This document shows, piece after piece, positions 19,395-29,900 of a stretch of DNA of 64,000 nucleotides. The notes under the pieces were generated by a model that was not told the DNA's origin, ran no database searches, and worked only from the letters and a program-made list of their open reading frames with translations. The stretch's first letter is position 1. Every line of letters starts with the position of its first letter. The translations under genes were made by a program, and so were the position numbers. The DNA comes from Methanomassiliicoccaceae archaeon (GTDB lineage: Archaea > Thermoplasmatota > Thermoplasmata > Methanomassiliicoccales > Methanomassiliicoccaceae), in assembly GCA_040776945.1 (NCBI GenBank), contig JAXGZN010000001.1:704001-768000 (forward strand), in the 5' to 3' direction.

Positions 19395-19409
19395 ACAACT
19401 AAAAGTTGT
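19361..19409 (+). promoter_or_regulatory. TATA box (TTTATATA, 19361-19368) and perfect palindromic operator ACAAC-TAAAA-GTTGT (19395-19409)
   Basis: The operator sits at the expected transcription start of the small ORF-cdc48-hsp20 unit. Confidence 0.7.
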
Positions 19410-19431
19410 ATACTGTGAAATTGGAGGACAG

Positions 19432-19593
19432 ATGAACCCTGACGTTCCTGAGAGAGAGCGCAACCCGGTGCCCAAGCGCCGATGGAAACCGCTCAACGAA
19501 CCGGACAGGAGAACAAGCGAGCCGGGCCTGGCATTCGCCGAGGGCGTGGCAGGCCAGCCATATGACATGCGGTTCCAGTGGAGCGGACATTAA
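19432..19593 (+). CDS. 53-aa hypothetical protein upstream of cdc48
   Basis: GGAGG SD just before ATG 19432; MNPDVPERER...YDMRFQWSGH. Confidence 0.45.
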   Translation: MNPDVPERERNPVPKRRWKPLNEPDRRTSEPGLAFAEGVAGQPYDMRFQWSGH

Positions 19594-19633
19594 ATAACCG
19601 CTCCAATAACGTAGTACAAAGAGAGGGAGAAGC

Positions 19634-21817
19634 ATGGAATCAACGGAAAAGGTATTGAGGGTCTCCGAGGCCAAGTCCAAGGATGCCGAGCGCGGCATCG
19701 CCCGAGTGGACCCCACGGTGATGGACGATCTCGGCATCACGGCCGGCGACGTCATCCAGATCGAAGGCAAAAAGCGGACCGTGGCCATCGTCTGGCCCGG
19801 ATACCCGGAAGATGCCAACCGGGGGGTCATCCGCATCGACGGCACCATCCGCAGGAACGCTCAGACGAGCATCGACGAGAAGGTCTCCATTCGAAAGGTC
19901 GCGGTCAAGGAGGCCCGCAAGATCACCTTCGCGCCGACCGAGCCGCTGCGCATCATGGGCGGCGAGGAGTACCTCAGCCAGAGCCTGGAGGGCAGGGCGG
20001 TCACCCGCGGCGACGTCATACAGATAAATGTGATGGGCCGGAAGATCGACCTGATCGTGGTCTCTTTCAGTCCCACTTCTGACGCGGTGCTGGTGCACCG
20101 CACCACCGAGGTGAAGATCAGCGAGAAACCGGTCAAGGAAACGCAGTCCAACATCCCCAAGGTCACCTATGAGGACATCGGAGGGCTGGGGGACGAGGTC
20201 AAGCGCGTCCGGGAGATGATCGAGCTGCCGCTCCGTCACCCCGAGCTGTTCGAGCGCCTGGGAGTGGAAGCGCCCAAGGGCGTGCTGCTGCACGGACCGC
20301 CTGGCACCGGCAAGACGCTGTTGGCGAAGGCGGTAGCGGGCGAGACCAACGCCAACTTCGTCACCATAGGCGGGCCGGAAATCATGTCCAAGTTCTACGG
20401 CGAGAGCGAGGAGCGCCTGCGGGAGATCTTCAAGCAGGCCCAGGAGAACGCTCCGACCATCATCTTCATCGATGAGATCGATTCCATCGCTCCCAAGAGA
20501 GAGGAGGTCAGCGGGGAGACCGAGAGGCGGGTGGTCGCCCAGCTCCTGTCGCTCATGGACGGCCTGGAGGCGAGAGGCAAGGTGGTGGTCATCGGAGCGA
20601 CCAACAGGCCGAACGCTCTGGACCCGGCCATCCGCAGGCCCGGCCGCTTCGACCGGGAGATCGAGATCAACCCTCCCAACCGCGAGGGGAGACTGGACAT
20701 CCTGCAGATCCACACCCGGGGCATGCCTCTGGAAGGGGACGTCGAGCTCGAGACCTTGGCCGATCTCACCCATGGGTACGTCGGCGCAGACCTCTCGGCG
20801 CTGACCAAGGAGGCCGCCATGCACTCGCTGCGCCGCGTGCTCCCGGAGATGGACCTTGACGTGGAGCAGATCCCCATGGACGTGCTCAGCAAGATCACCG
20901 TCACCAAGGACGATTTCTTCGCCGCGCTGAGGGAGATGCAGCCTTCAAGCCTCAGGGAGGTGTTCATCGAGACTCCCAACGTCAAGTGGGAGGAGATCGG
21001 CGGCCTCGTGGAGGCGAAGCGCGAGCTCCAGGAGGCGGTGGAGTGGCCTCTGAAGTACGCTTCGGTGTTCGAGCACATGAGCGCCACGCCCCCCAAGGGC
21101 GTGCTGCTGTACGGGCCCCCGGGCACCGGGAAGACGCTCCTGGCGAAAGCGGTGGCGACCGAGTCGCAGGCCAATTTCATCAACGTCAAGGGGCCGGAGT
21201 TCCTGAGCAAGTGGGTCGGCGAGTCCGAGAAAGCGGTCCGGGAAACGTTCCGCAAGGCCAGGCAGGCGTCGCCCTGCATCATATTCATGGACGAGATCGA
21301 CTCCATCGCTCCGGTGAGGGGCGGGGAGGCGGACAGCCATGTCACCGAGCGGGTGATATCCCAGATGCTCACTGAGATCGACGGGCTGCAGAGCCTGCAT
21401 AATGTGGTGGTGATCGCCGCCACCAACCGGCCGGACATGCTTGACCCGGCGCTCCTGCGCCCGGGGCGGTTCGACCGTCTGGTGCGCATACCGGCGCCGG
21501 ACCTGGAGGGCAGGAAGCAGATCCTGCACATCCATACCGCCAAGAAGCCCCTGGCCGATGACGTTGAGATAGATGACCTGGCGAGGAGGACCGATGGCTA
21601 CTCCGGTGCCGACCTCGCGGCCCTTACCAACGAGGCGGTGATGCTGGCGATCCGCGCCCTGGTGGCGAAGAACAAGGACATAACACCGGACGAGCTGAGC
21701 GAGGCCAAGATATCCATGGCCTATTTCAATCAGGCCCTGGAAAAGGTAAAGCCGGTCAGCCGCAGCGACCTGGGCAGGTACCCCAAGGTCGCCGAGGACT
21801 ACGTGTATGTGAGGTGA
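19634..21817 (+). CDS. cdc48: CDC48/VAT AAA+ ATPase
   Basis: N-domain plus two AAA modules (GPPGTGKT twice, DEID twice, RPGRFDR twice). Confidence 0.97.
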   Translation: MESTEKVLRVSEAKSKDAERGIARVDPTVMDDLGITAGDVIQIEGKKRTVAIVWPGYPEDANRGVIRIDGTIRRNAQTSIDEKVSIRKVAVKEARKITFAPTEPLRIMGGEEYLSQSLEGRAVTRGDVIQINVMGRKIDLIVVSFSPTSDAVLVHRTTEVKISEKPVKETQSNIPKVTYEDIGGLGDEVKRVREMIELPLRHPELFERLGVEAPKGVLLHGPPGTGKTLLAKAVAGETNANFVTIGGPEIMSKFYGESEERLREIFKQAQENAPTIIFIDEIDSIAPKREEVSGETERRVVAQLLSLMDGLEARGKVVVIGATNRPNALDPAIRRPGRFDREIEINPPNREGRLDILQIHTRGMPLEGDVELETLADLTHGYVGADLSALTKEAAMHSLRRVLPEMDLDVEQIPMDVLSKITVTKDDFFAALREMQPSSLREVFIETPNVKWEEIGGLVEAKRELQEAVEWPLKYASVFEHMSATPPKGVLLYGPPGTGKTLLAKAVATESQANFINVKGPEFLSKWVGESEKAVRETFRKARQASPCIIFMDEIDSIAPVRGGEADSHVTERVISQMLTEIDGLQSLHNVVVIAATNRPDMLDPALLRPGRFDRLVRIPAPDLEGRKQILHIHTAKKPLADDVEIDDLARRTDGYSGADLAALTNEAVMLAIRALVAKNKDITPDELSEAKISMAYFNQALEKVKPVSRSDLGRYPKVAEDYVYVR

Positions 21818-21822
21818 GAGAT

Positions 21823-22353
21823 ATGGCAGATGACAAGAGAAGGAGGCGGCGAACCTCCTGGGACGACCTCTTCGGCAGCTTCGACAAGGAGTTCGAGGAG
21901 ATGCGCGAGCGCATGGACGCACTGATGGAAGGCTTCATGAGCGGACGGATCGACACGAGCATGAACCAGCCGTTCGTCTACGGCTTCAGCATGCGGGTCG
22001 GACCGGACGGTAAGCCTCACATCCAGGAGTTCGGCAACGCTCCCCCCGAGGCCGCCGGGCAGGAAGGCACCAGGGAGCCGCTGACCGACATAATCGAGGA
22101 GCAGGAGCGCGTCCGCATCATCGTCGAGCTGCCGGGTGTTGACAAGGAGGACATCCAGCTCCATGTGGAGGACCGCCTCCTGGACATATCTGTGGACAGG
22201 GAGGACCGCAAGTTCTCCAAGAAGCTCGAGATGCCCTCGGCGGTGGACCCCGATTCAGCGTCCGCTTCCTACAAGAACGGCGTGCTGGAGGTGACCCTGA
22301 GAAAGGTCGCGCCGAAGAAACGCGGAAAGGCTGTCAAGATAGAGGGCCAATAG
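21823..22353 (+). CDS. hsp20: small heat-shock protein Hsp20
   Basis: YGFSMRVGPDGKP, VELPGVDKEDI, ASYKNGVLEV. Confidence 0.94.
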   Translation: MADDKRRRRRTSWDDLFGSFDKEFEEMRERMDALMEGFMSGRIDTSMNQPFVYGFSMRVGPDGKPHIQEFGNAPPEAAGQEGTREPLTDIIEEQERVRIIVELPGVDKEDIQLHVEDRLLDISVDREDRKFSKKLEMPSAVDPDSASASYKNGVLEVTLRKVAPKKRGKAVKIEGQ

Positions 22354-22373
22354 GCCCTCGGCCCCATTTTTTT
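22342..22373 (+). terminator. hairpin plus T7 tract after hsp20
   Basis: GAGGGCC-AATA-GGCCCTC followed by TTTTTTT. Confidence 0.55.
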
Positions 22374-22450
22374 ATTAATGCCTCCAGACGATGCGGGGCC
22401 TTGACGCCGGTGCGGTAACGCTCTTATAGAGGCCTTGAATTATTAAGGGC

Positions 22451-23413
22451 GTGCAGAGGGACGAGCTAATAGAGGCGGTACGGTCGGTACTGACCCGGTC
22501 AGGCTTCTTCGTCTCCCGGCCCTTGGCCATGCGGGGGATCAGCTTCGACGTTGTTGCGAGGCGGGACGATACCCTCCTTATTGTGAAGATACTCAGCAAT
22601 GTCGACGCCTTCTCCAAGGAGAACGCCGAAGAGATGCTTACGCTGGCCGAGGCGCTCGGCGCGTCACCGCTGCTCATCGGCGAGCGGTCCGGGTCCGGCG
22701 AGATCGACGAGAGCATAGTTTACTCGAGGTTCGGAGTGCCCATCATCTCCCTGACCACCCTGACCGATCATCTGTTGGAGGGCGTGCCGCCTTTCATCTT
22801 CGCCGCGCCGGGGGGGCTGTACGTCAAGCTCGACAGCCAAATGCTGCGCCAGCTGCGGGAGGAGAGGAACATCTCCCTCGGCACGCTGGCCGAGATAGCA
22901 GGGGTGTCGCGCCGCACGATCCAGATGTACGAGGGGGGCATGGGCGCGATGATCGATGTGGCCATCCGTCTCGAGGAGTTCCTCAACCAGCCCATCGTCA
23001 CGCCGGTCAATCCGTTCCAGCACTGCTCGGCGCCTAAGAGCCAAGAGAAGGATAAGGTTCCCGCGCGCGCCTCCGACGTGTTCGGGCAGGAGGTTTTCGA
23101 TCAACTTGCCAGGATGGGATTCTCCATCGTTCCCACCGCCCGCTGCCCGTTCGAGGCCCTCAGCAAGGACAAGCACATACTCATCCTCACCGGACTGGGC
23201 AAGGATGATGCCAGGCTCAAGGACAAGGCCATGGCCGTGGCCGACATCTCCAAGGTCACGGAGCGCTGCTCGGTCATCTTTATCGAGAAGTCAAGGAGCA
23301 GGCACAACATCGGGGGCACCCCCATCGTAGGGAAGGACGAGCTCCGCAAGATCGCTGAGGCGTGCATCCTGTACGAACTGGTAGGGTCGAGGACGGAAGA
23401 TGAGGGTCGTTGA
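22451..23413 (+). CDS. archaeal HTH transcriptional regulator (COG1395-like)
   Basis: SFDVVARR, AAPGGLYV, central Cro/C1-type HTH SLGTLAEIAGVSRRTIQMYE. Confidence 0.85.
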   Translation: MQRDELIEAVRSVLTRSGFFVSRPLAMRGISFDVVARRDDTLLIVKILSNVDAFSKENAEEMLTLAEALGASPLLIGERSGSGEIDESIVYSRFGVPIISLTTLTDHLLEGVPPFIFAAPGGLYVKLDSQMLRQLREERNISLGTLAEIAGVSRRTIQMYEGGMGAMIDVAIRLEEFLNQPIVTPVNPFQHCSAPKSQEKDKVPARASDVFGQEVFDQLARMGFSIVPTARCPFEALSKDKHILILTGLGKDDARLKDKAMAVADISKVTERCSVIFIEKSRSRHNIGGTPIVGKDELRKIAEACILYELVGSRTEDEGR

Positions 23414-24053
23414 GATAGGGACCTCGAGGATTGCCGTTCTCCCAGTGGTCAGAGGGTTGGTTAGCGAGGCCGAGGCGGTAAGCAGGGCCTTCGTCCAGAT
23501 GGCCCCTGATGCCGTGGCCGTCTCCATCTCCAGAGAGGAGCTGGACGCGCTCCGCGTGCGGGACGACCTTGATCTCTACGATCCCTCGGACCTGGAGATC
23601 GTCTACCAGGCCATTCTGGAGAGGTTCGGGGAGGTCCGCATCCCCCCTCCGGCGTTCGTTTCGGCGCTGGAGGTCGCAGAACGGGCCGGGACGACCATCA
23701 TCCCGCTGGACATGAATGACGAGCTGTACACCGAGACGTACTGCGACAAGGTCAGCACCCTCGACATGGTCCGCGAGTCATTTTTCTCCAGGAGGGCGAC
23801 GAGCAAACGGTACGACCTGTCGAGCGCCCAGGCGTTCGCGGTCAGCTGGGACCGCATGGTCAACCGTTCCGGGTTTCGGGACCTGGAACAGGCAAGGGAG
23901 GCGCACATGGCAGGCGTCCTGCGCAAGCTGGGCGGCAGGTACGGTAACATCCTGGCGGTCATCGAGTGCGAGCGATGCGAAGGCATTGTGAAGCTGCTTC
24001 AGAGCAATGCCTTCAGCTTGGACCGCCCACGGAGCGATGGCCTCGTTCCCTGA
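23400..24053 (+). CDS. hypothetical protein (TraB-like fold possible)
   Basis: 217-aa ORF overlapping the regulator stop; IIPLDM and REAHMA patterns. Confidence 0.7.
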   Translation: MRVVEIGTSRIAVLPVVRGLVSEAEAVSRAFVQMAPDAVAVSISREELDALRVRDDLDLYDPSDLEIVYQAILERFGEVRIPPPAFVSALEVAERAGTTIIPLDMNDELYTETYCDKVSTLDMVRESFFSRRATSKRYDLSSAQAFAVSWDRMVNRSGFRDLEQAREAHMAGVLRKLGGRYGNILAVIECERCEGIVKLLQSNAFSLDRPRSDGLVP

Positions 24054-24104
24054 GCGCGGAGTTGGCCACCGAGCTTTATTATAACCTCTGGCCGATGGAC
24101 CGGC

Positions 24105-25784
24105 ATGCGGGACCGCGCTCCTCCGGGCAATCGGCTGGCCGAGGGCATAGACCGCCTGGTCCTGTACCTGGAGCGGGACCGGCTGCCCATCATCGGCATC
24201 TTCCTGTACGTCCTGGCGGTCGCCCTGGTGCGGGACATCTCGGAGTATTATCTCCTCGACACCGCCTTCGTCATCGAGCCGCATCCCTGGATATACAGCA
24301 TAGCGCACCACGTGGTGTTCTACTTCCTCACCTTCTTCGGCCTTGTCCTGCTGCTGTCGGCGTTCTCCCGGAGAGGCGTGAGGAGGTCCGTTAACTTCGT
24401 GTCCACGTTCTTCTGGATCGTCGTTTTGCCGCCGTACTTGGACCGCTTCCTGTTCGGCTCCAGCTCCAACTACGCGTACTTCTCTCCGACGGACTTCCTG
24501 AACTACATCCTGCACTTCAGCGGAGCCGCCTTCCATCCCGGTCAAGCGTTCGAGATCGTTGCTGTGCTCTTCGGCATCGTATCCTACGTCGTGTGGACGA
24601 AGAGAGCGAGCTTTGGCTCCATCGGCGGGCGGACGGTGATCGCGGTGGAGGTCTCGCTGTTGCTGCTCTTCACCCTGATGTCCCTGTTCATAATGGCCAC
24701 CCCGGGATCGTACCTTCCTGTAGGGAGCGAGAACGGCATGCCATCGTTCCCCAGTTTCGATGTCACCCGGTACTTCCAGTACCACCTGTTCATTTTCTCC
24801 TATTACATGGTGCTGCTGTTGGGCATCCTGGCCTCCTTGGCGTATCTGAACTACCCGCGGGCGGTCAAGGACCTGGCGCTGAGCCTGCGTCCGTGGCAGA
24901 CGGTCATGTTCATGGGCATCGTTGCCGCCGGCATCGCCGCTGGGTGGTCCGAGCTCGCCGGCGCTGATTATGTCTACAACATCCTGAACAAGCCATACTG
25001 GGTCAACCTGAGCTTCGTCATCCTGGCACTGCTGAGCTCGATGCTGGCCTGGATCGTCACCACGATGTGGAACGACCTCAGCGATCACGCCGATGATGAG
25101 CCGGGGCGGGCGGGGCGGGCCCTCGCCTCCGGCGTGGTCGGACGGAGGGAGCTGGCGGAGGTGTCGGTGGTGCTGGCGGGCATGTCCCTGGTCATGGGAG
25201 CGCTGCTGTCCTGGCACCACGTTCTCCTTCTTGCCGTGATCTTCGCCCTCGGCGCGATATACTCGTTCAGGCCGATGAGGTTCAAGGAGCGCATCCTCAG
25301 CCCCCTGCTGCTCGGCGCCGGCGCTCTCCTGGCGTTCATATATGGCTTCATGACCCCCCTGAGCCCGGTGCGGCTGTACCAGGGAGATCCGTCCATGGTC
25401 TATCCTGACAGCTGGACGCCCATTTTCCCAACGCCGACGTTCCAGGCGTTGGTGTTGGGCATGTACATGTTCATCGGCCTGGTGGTCGGGTCCATGGTCA
25501 CTGACATTGATGGGTACCGGGAGGATCTCAAGGGGAAGGTGGACACCTTGTACACGAGGTTCGGCTTGGAGCGTGGCAAGAAGGCCGTTTCGGCGCTGGT
25601 GCTCATCACCGCGCTCACTCCCCTGGCGCTGTTCCGGAATATCGGCGATCTCGTCCTCTTTCCGCTTCTGGGCGTGGCCGCATCGGCGGCCCTCCTGCGA
25701 ACTGGCCGGTCGAGGTACGTGCTCGCGATCGCGCTCGTCGGCATGCTGTACGCCGCCTGGCGCTTCCTGCCCGCGCTGTCCTAG
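24105..25784 (+). CDS. UbiA-family prenyltransferase with an extra N-terminal membrane domain
   Basis: NDLSDHADD Asp-rich motif, YSFRPMRFK, second motif DIDGYRED, many TM helices. Confidence 0.8.
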   Translation: MRDRAPPGNRLAEGIDRLVLYLERDRLPIIGIFLYVLAVALVRDISEYYLLDTAFVIEPHPWIYSIAHHVVFYFLTFFGLVLLLSAFSRRGVRRSVNFVSTFFWIVVLPPYLDRFLFGSSSNYAYFSPTDFLNYILHFSGAAFHPGQAFEIVAVLFGIVSYVVWTKRASFGSIGGRTVIAVEVSLLLLFTLMSLFIMATPGSYLPVGSENGMPSFPSFDVTRYFQYHLFIFSYYMVLLLGILASLAYLNYPRAVKDLALSLRPWQTVMFMGIVAAGIAAGWSELAGADYVYNILNKPYWVNLSFVILALLSSMLAWIVTTMWNDLSDHADDEPGRAGRALASGVVGRRELAEVSVVLAGMSLVMGALLSWHHVLLLAVIFALGAIYSFRPMRFKERILSPLLLGAGALLAFIYGFMTPLSPVRLYQGDPSMVYPDSWTPIFPTPTFQALVLGMYMFIGLVVGSMVTDIDGYREDLKGKVDTLYTRFGLERGKKAVSALVLITALTPLALFRNIGDLVLFPLLGVAASAALLRTGRSRYVLAIALVGMLYAAWRFLPALS

Positions 25785-26959
25785 GTAAGGGATGAGAAGA
25801 ACAGGTATGGGAAGCGGCGGGCGATCACGCCGAGCAGCGCTTCCCAGCTCCTTTCCCCCTTGGAGATGTCCAGGCATATAGAGACCAGCTCGGCGTCGCC
25901 GCTCATCTTCCTCATGAGCACCGAGGTGTCCACGATCCCCATCAGCCACTGGGCCTGCGGCGATATGGTCCTCGAGGCGCGGAGCACCGGGAGGATGTCC
26001 GTGGCCACCATTCGACGGTAGGATGACAGGGGGCGATCGTCGTGAATGAGACCGCTGACCGCCTCTGCGGCATGTGCCGCGCTGCGGAACGCATTGGTCA
26101 TCCCCTCGCCGGAAAGGGGACTGGCGAAGCCAGCGGCGTCGCCGATCAGGACGCATCTTCTCGTCGCCAGCTTACGGCGGGGGACCATGGGGATGGGGTG
26201 GGCCGATATGCGAGTCTCCGATGCCTCACCGTACTTCCTCTCGACCTCCTTTTGGAGGGCGTCCAGAGCATCTCGGTAAACCGCCCCCCCGAGGTCCTTT
26301 CCCGTCACCCCGATGTTCGCTCCTCCCTTAGTGGCGAACATCCATCCGTTGAGTGGGAACTTGAACCGAAAGGGAAACCTCTCTATGGGCGTGCCCATCA
26401 AGTAATACTCCATACGGCCTCCAGGATCACGTGGTAGGGTACAGGTCATGGCGATGCCTATGCCCTGGTTCCGTCCAGGGTACGGCCCGAACAGCGCGGA
26501 GGCGGTGCGGCTGATGGCCCCCTCGGCCACGATGAGGGCTCGGGACCTGATGCTCCTGCCCCCAATGACGATCTCCAGGCCCTCGGTGGACTCCCTGACC
26601 TTGGATATCGATGACGAGGTCCACATCTCCGCTCCGGACCTCTCGGCCCTCTCCACGAGGTAGGCGTCGAAAACAGAGCGGCGAACGGTGACCGCCGCCC
26701 GGGTCGGGAGCTCGAAATCCGTACGGAAGTCCCGGTGGATCAGCCCCACCGAGGTTATCTCCTGTTCGATGACGCGGTCTGGCAACGGCTCGCCCAACAG
26801 GCCGGAGGCTCGGTCCAGCAGCCCGCCGGCACAGCACTTCTCCCTGGGGACCGCTTCCCGTTCCAGGAGCAGGGCGCGCAGCCCCTGGCGGGCGCACAGG
26901 CTCGCCGCCCGCGCTCCCGCCGGCCCTGCTCCGCTGATGACCACGTCGTAATCGCCGAT
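25781..26959 (-). CDS. geranylgeranyl-reductase-family FAD oxidoreductase
   Basis: YDVVISGAGPAG, PREKCCAG, RSVFD, LIGDAAGFASPLSGEG; start uncertain (ATC 26959 or GTG 26944). Confidence 0.85.
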   Translation of the reverse strand: MGDYDVVISGAGPAGARAASLCARQGLRALLLEREAVPREKCCAGGLLDRASGLLGEPLPDRVIEQEITSVGLIHRDFRTDFELPTRAAVTVRRSVFDAYLVERAERSGAEMWTSSSISKVRESTEGLEIVIGGRSIRSRALIVAEGAISRTASALFGPYPGRNQGIGIAMTCTLPRDPGGRMEYYLMGTPIERFPFRFKFPLNGWMFATKGGANIGVTGKDLGGAVYRDALDALQKEVERKYGEASETRISAHPIPMVPRRKLATRRCVLIGDAAGFASPLSGEGMTNAFRSAAHAAEAVSGLIHDDRPLSSYRRMVATDILPVLRASRTISPQAQWLMGIVDTSVLMRKMSGDAELVSICLDISKGERSWEALLGVIARRFPYLFFSSLT

Positions 26960-29900
26960 TACTTCCTCCTCCCTCTCCAGCGCTCCATCGCTTGACCGGT
27001 CGCGATGATCGCAACCATGCCGAAGACCGGCAGGAAGATCGTCAGGTCTATGAAACCAGTGGTGACGTTGATCACCGACTCGCCTCTTGTGGCGACCGAG
27101 CTTATGGGCGTCTCGGTGAACCTCCAGTTCCCTGAGATCATGTTGTTGTTGGTGTACTCCCACAGCGTCGGTCCGGTGCCGGGGTCCCTGCCCATCTGGG
27201 CGCCGACAACCAGAACAATGTCAAGGTCCTGGTCGCCGTCGAGGTCTCCAAGCTCGACACCGTGTATCTCGTAGTATCCCGAGGGCGGGCACAGGATGGC
27301 CAGCTTGTCGGTGCCCAGGGATTGGGCCGAGAAGGAGCCGAAGGACGACTGCTGGATGATGAACAGCTTTCCGCTGGACGCGATGTTGCCGCCGAGCGCC
27401 ACGACGATGTCGTTGGGCTCGTTGACCACGTTCGAGCCAAGATACTTCTTCATGTCCCCTACGGCGATGGCCGAGATGTAGTTGCTGCTCGTGGACCAGA
27501 CCTTGCTGGGCGAGCTGCTCCACTTCACCATGGGAGAGTTATGATAGATCACCAGGCGGTCCAGGGTCAGGACGCTCTTGGCGGTGTCGGTCACCGACCG
27601 GTCGAGGTCTAGGAACCTTATGTAATAGTACGCGTTGGAGGTGTAGGTCAGATCGTAGCTCTGCTCGACGTTGGTGGTCGATCTGATGACACCTAGATCG
27701 AACCAGGTGGCGTTGTCCACCGAGTACTGGACCTGGAATCCCTCCAGATCGCTGGTCCTTCCATTTATCGTCAGCACTTGGTAGGCGGCCGGCGCGTTGG
27801 TTATCTGGTACACCCAGCCGAGCGCCTGGGTCTTGATGAAGGTGACCTCTGTCCATACGTAGTCGAAGTGGACCGTGGAGGAGCCCGAGGGGTTCACGAA
27901 CCTGATCGCCAGCCCGGAGGTTATGCTGGTGAACGATGTGCTCTCGGTGCCGGGGAGGTCGAACGAGGCCGTCACCAGCGAGGTATGGGAGGGTTTGGGC
28001 TGAATGTTGGTGTTGGTCCATGTCGCGCCGTTATTGAACGAGTACTGCACGTACCCTGTACCGGTGTAGGAGGGGTCCACATAGTACTGGACCACTAGGC
28101 GGGAGCCCTTTATGGGCGTGGTCAGGTTGTCCAGCGGCAGCGAGAACTTGTTCAGCTGCATCGTGGTCCCCTGCCCGACGTCGTAGAACACATCGTCGTC
28201 CAACCATACGTTGTTGATCGGAGAGCCGGTGTCGTCAAGGAACTTGACGCCAGTGGCATTGAACGGGTCGTAAAGCACGTCTACCTCGGTCAGGGTCTCG
28301 AACCTGCTGTTGACGGTCTCCAGATTGGCCATTGAGCCGCCGGTGGTGGCGCGGTAGGCCGGGCTCACCTCGAACTCATAGGACGGCGCGTGCATCGGAA
28401 TGGCGGAGATCTCCTGCTGCGTGTAATAGATGTACACCGCGTAGTCGCCGCTCCGGACATTGGTGCGCACGATGTCCGGGAACCCGTCCCCGTTCATGTC
28501 CGCGACGCGGACCTTGGGCATGATCTGATTGTGGCTCCATGGAGTGTTCCCTGTGATTCCGCTAATCGGTCTAAGAGAGTTGGAAGTGCTGAAGGCCTGG
28601 TCCTTCTGACCTGCGTTCTTGACCCACATGTTGAGCCAGACCTTGGTCTGACCATCCTCGTAGACGGCAACGATGTCATCATAGCCGTCGTTGTTGAAAT
28701 CACCTATCGCGAGGTCGGCGGCCGCCGGGTTCTTGTCACCGTTGGCCTGGAAGTTGACGTCAGAGGCGGTCTTCCAGTCCAGAGTTCCATATAAGGGGGT
28801 CATCTCCCAATTGTCGCTGCCGTCGTTCCAGAATACGTACACGCCGCGGTTGAAGAACATGCCCCAGCTGTTGCTTGGATTGGCGTTCCCTTCGCTGGTG
28901 GCCGAGGTATAGACCACCACGTGGATGAAGCTGGCGACCACGTCCGCATAGCCGTCATTGTTTAGGTCGGCGACCGCCAGGGCGGTGCACATTTCGTTCT
29001 GGCAATAATAGCCAGAGTAGAACTCGCCACCTCCTGATCTTGTTGCCCATACGGATGCGTCCTCATTGATATTGCCCTTGCTGCTGGTGTACGCTGCCTG
29101 CAGGCCAGGCAGCGCGTCGAAGGGGTAGGAAATCGGCCTGGCGTTGCTCCATTCCGAGCCGTCGTTCTTGGAGTTCTCATACCAGAACAGGTTGGCCCTG
29201 GAGGTGTCCTGCGCTCCGACCACCAGATCGTTTCGGCCGTCACCGGTGAGGTCTTCCAGGTACAGGCCCAGGGGGCCGCTGCTGGGGTTCGAATCGATTA
29301 TCTTCTCGTTCCACTTGTCGCCGCCTTTGAACCAGGCGATGGCGTTGTTCTGCCAGGTCGCCCCGGAGGAGCTCCAGGTGAACGAGCCGGACCCGATGGC
29401 CGCGGCCACGTCCATGGTCGTTAGCGGCGCGGTGACGGTGAACTGACAGCTGAGCATGCTGTAGGTCTCACCCATCGTTCCGCCGGTCCCTCTGTCGAAG
29501 AAGGTCGTTATCTTCAGCGTATACGAGTTCGTCTTGGGGAGCCACCATCCCTGATTAGCGTCCTTGAGAGTGATCCTCAGCGTGTACACGCCGTTGTTGG
29601 TGTTCTCCCCATACCTGGAAATGGTGAGCCCGTTGGTCTTGTACAGCGACGATAGCGGCGCGCTGTACGCCGGGTCCTGGCCCATGGCCGGCACAGCGGT
29701 GGGGGCCTTCATTATGACGTAGCTGCCGGTGTAATCATCGACCTCGATGCCGCTGATGTACACCGTATCAGTATACTTGTCAACGTCCTTGGTACGGATT
29801 ATCAGATAGAGGTCGTCGGTATGGTTGAAGCTGGTGGTGCGCACCAGGTTGTTGCCGTTGGCCACGTACGTCTCCAGCTGGGGATAGTCCGCGCCATTGA

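Noticed and set aside
23778-26156. 792-aa minus-strand ORF
   Set aside because: Antisense shadow of the UbiA gene with low-complexity R/G/H/Q composition typical of GC-rich off-frames
26960-27163. N-terminal extension of the GGR ORF
   Set aside because: It lies in an alternative frame of the surface-protein 3' end; the Rossmann motif starts right after that gene's stop
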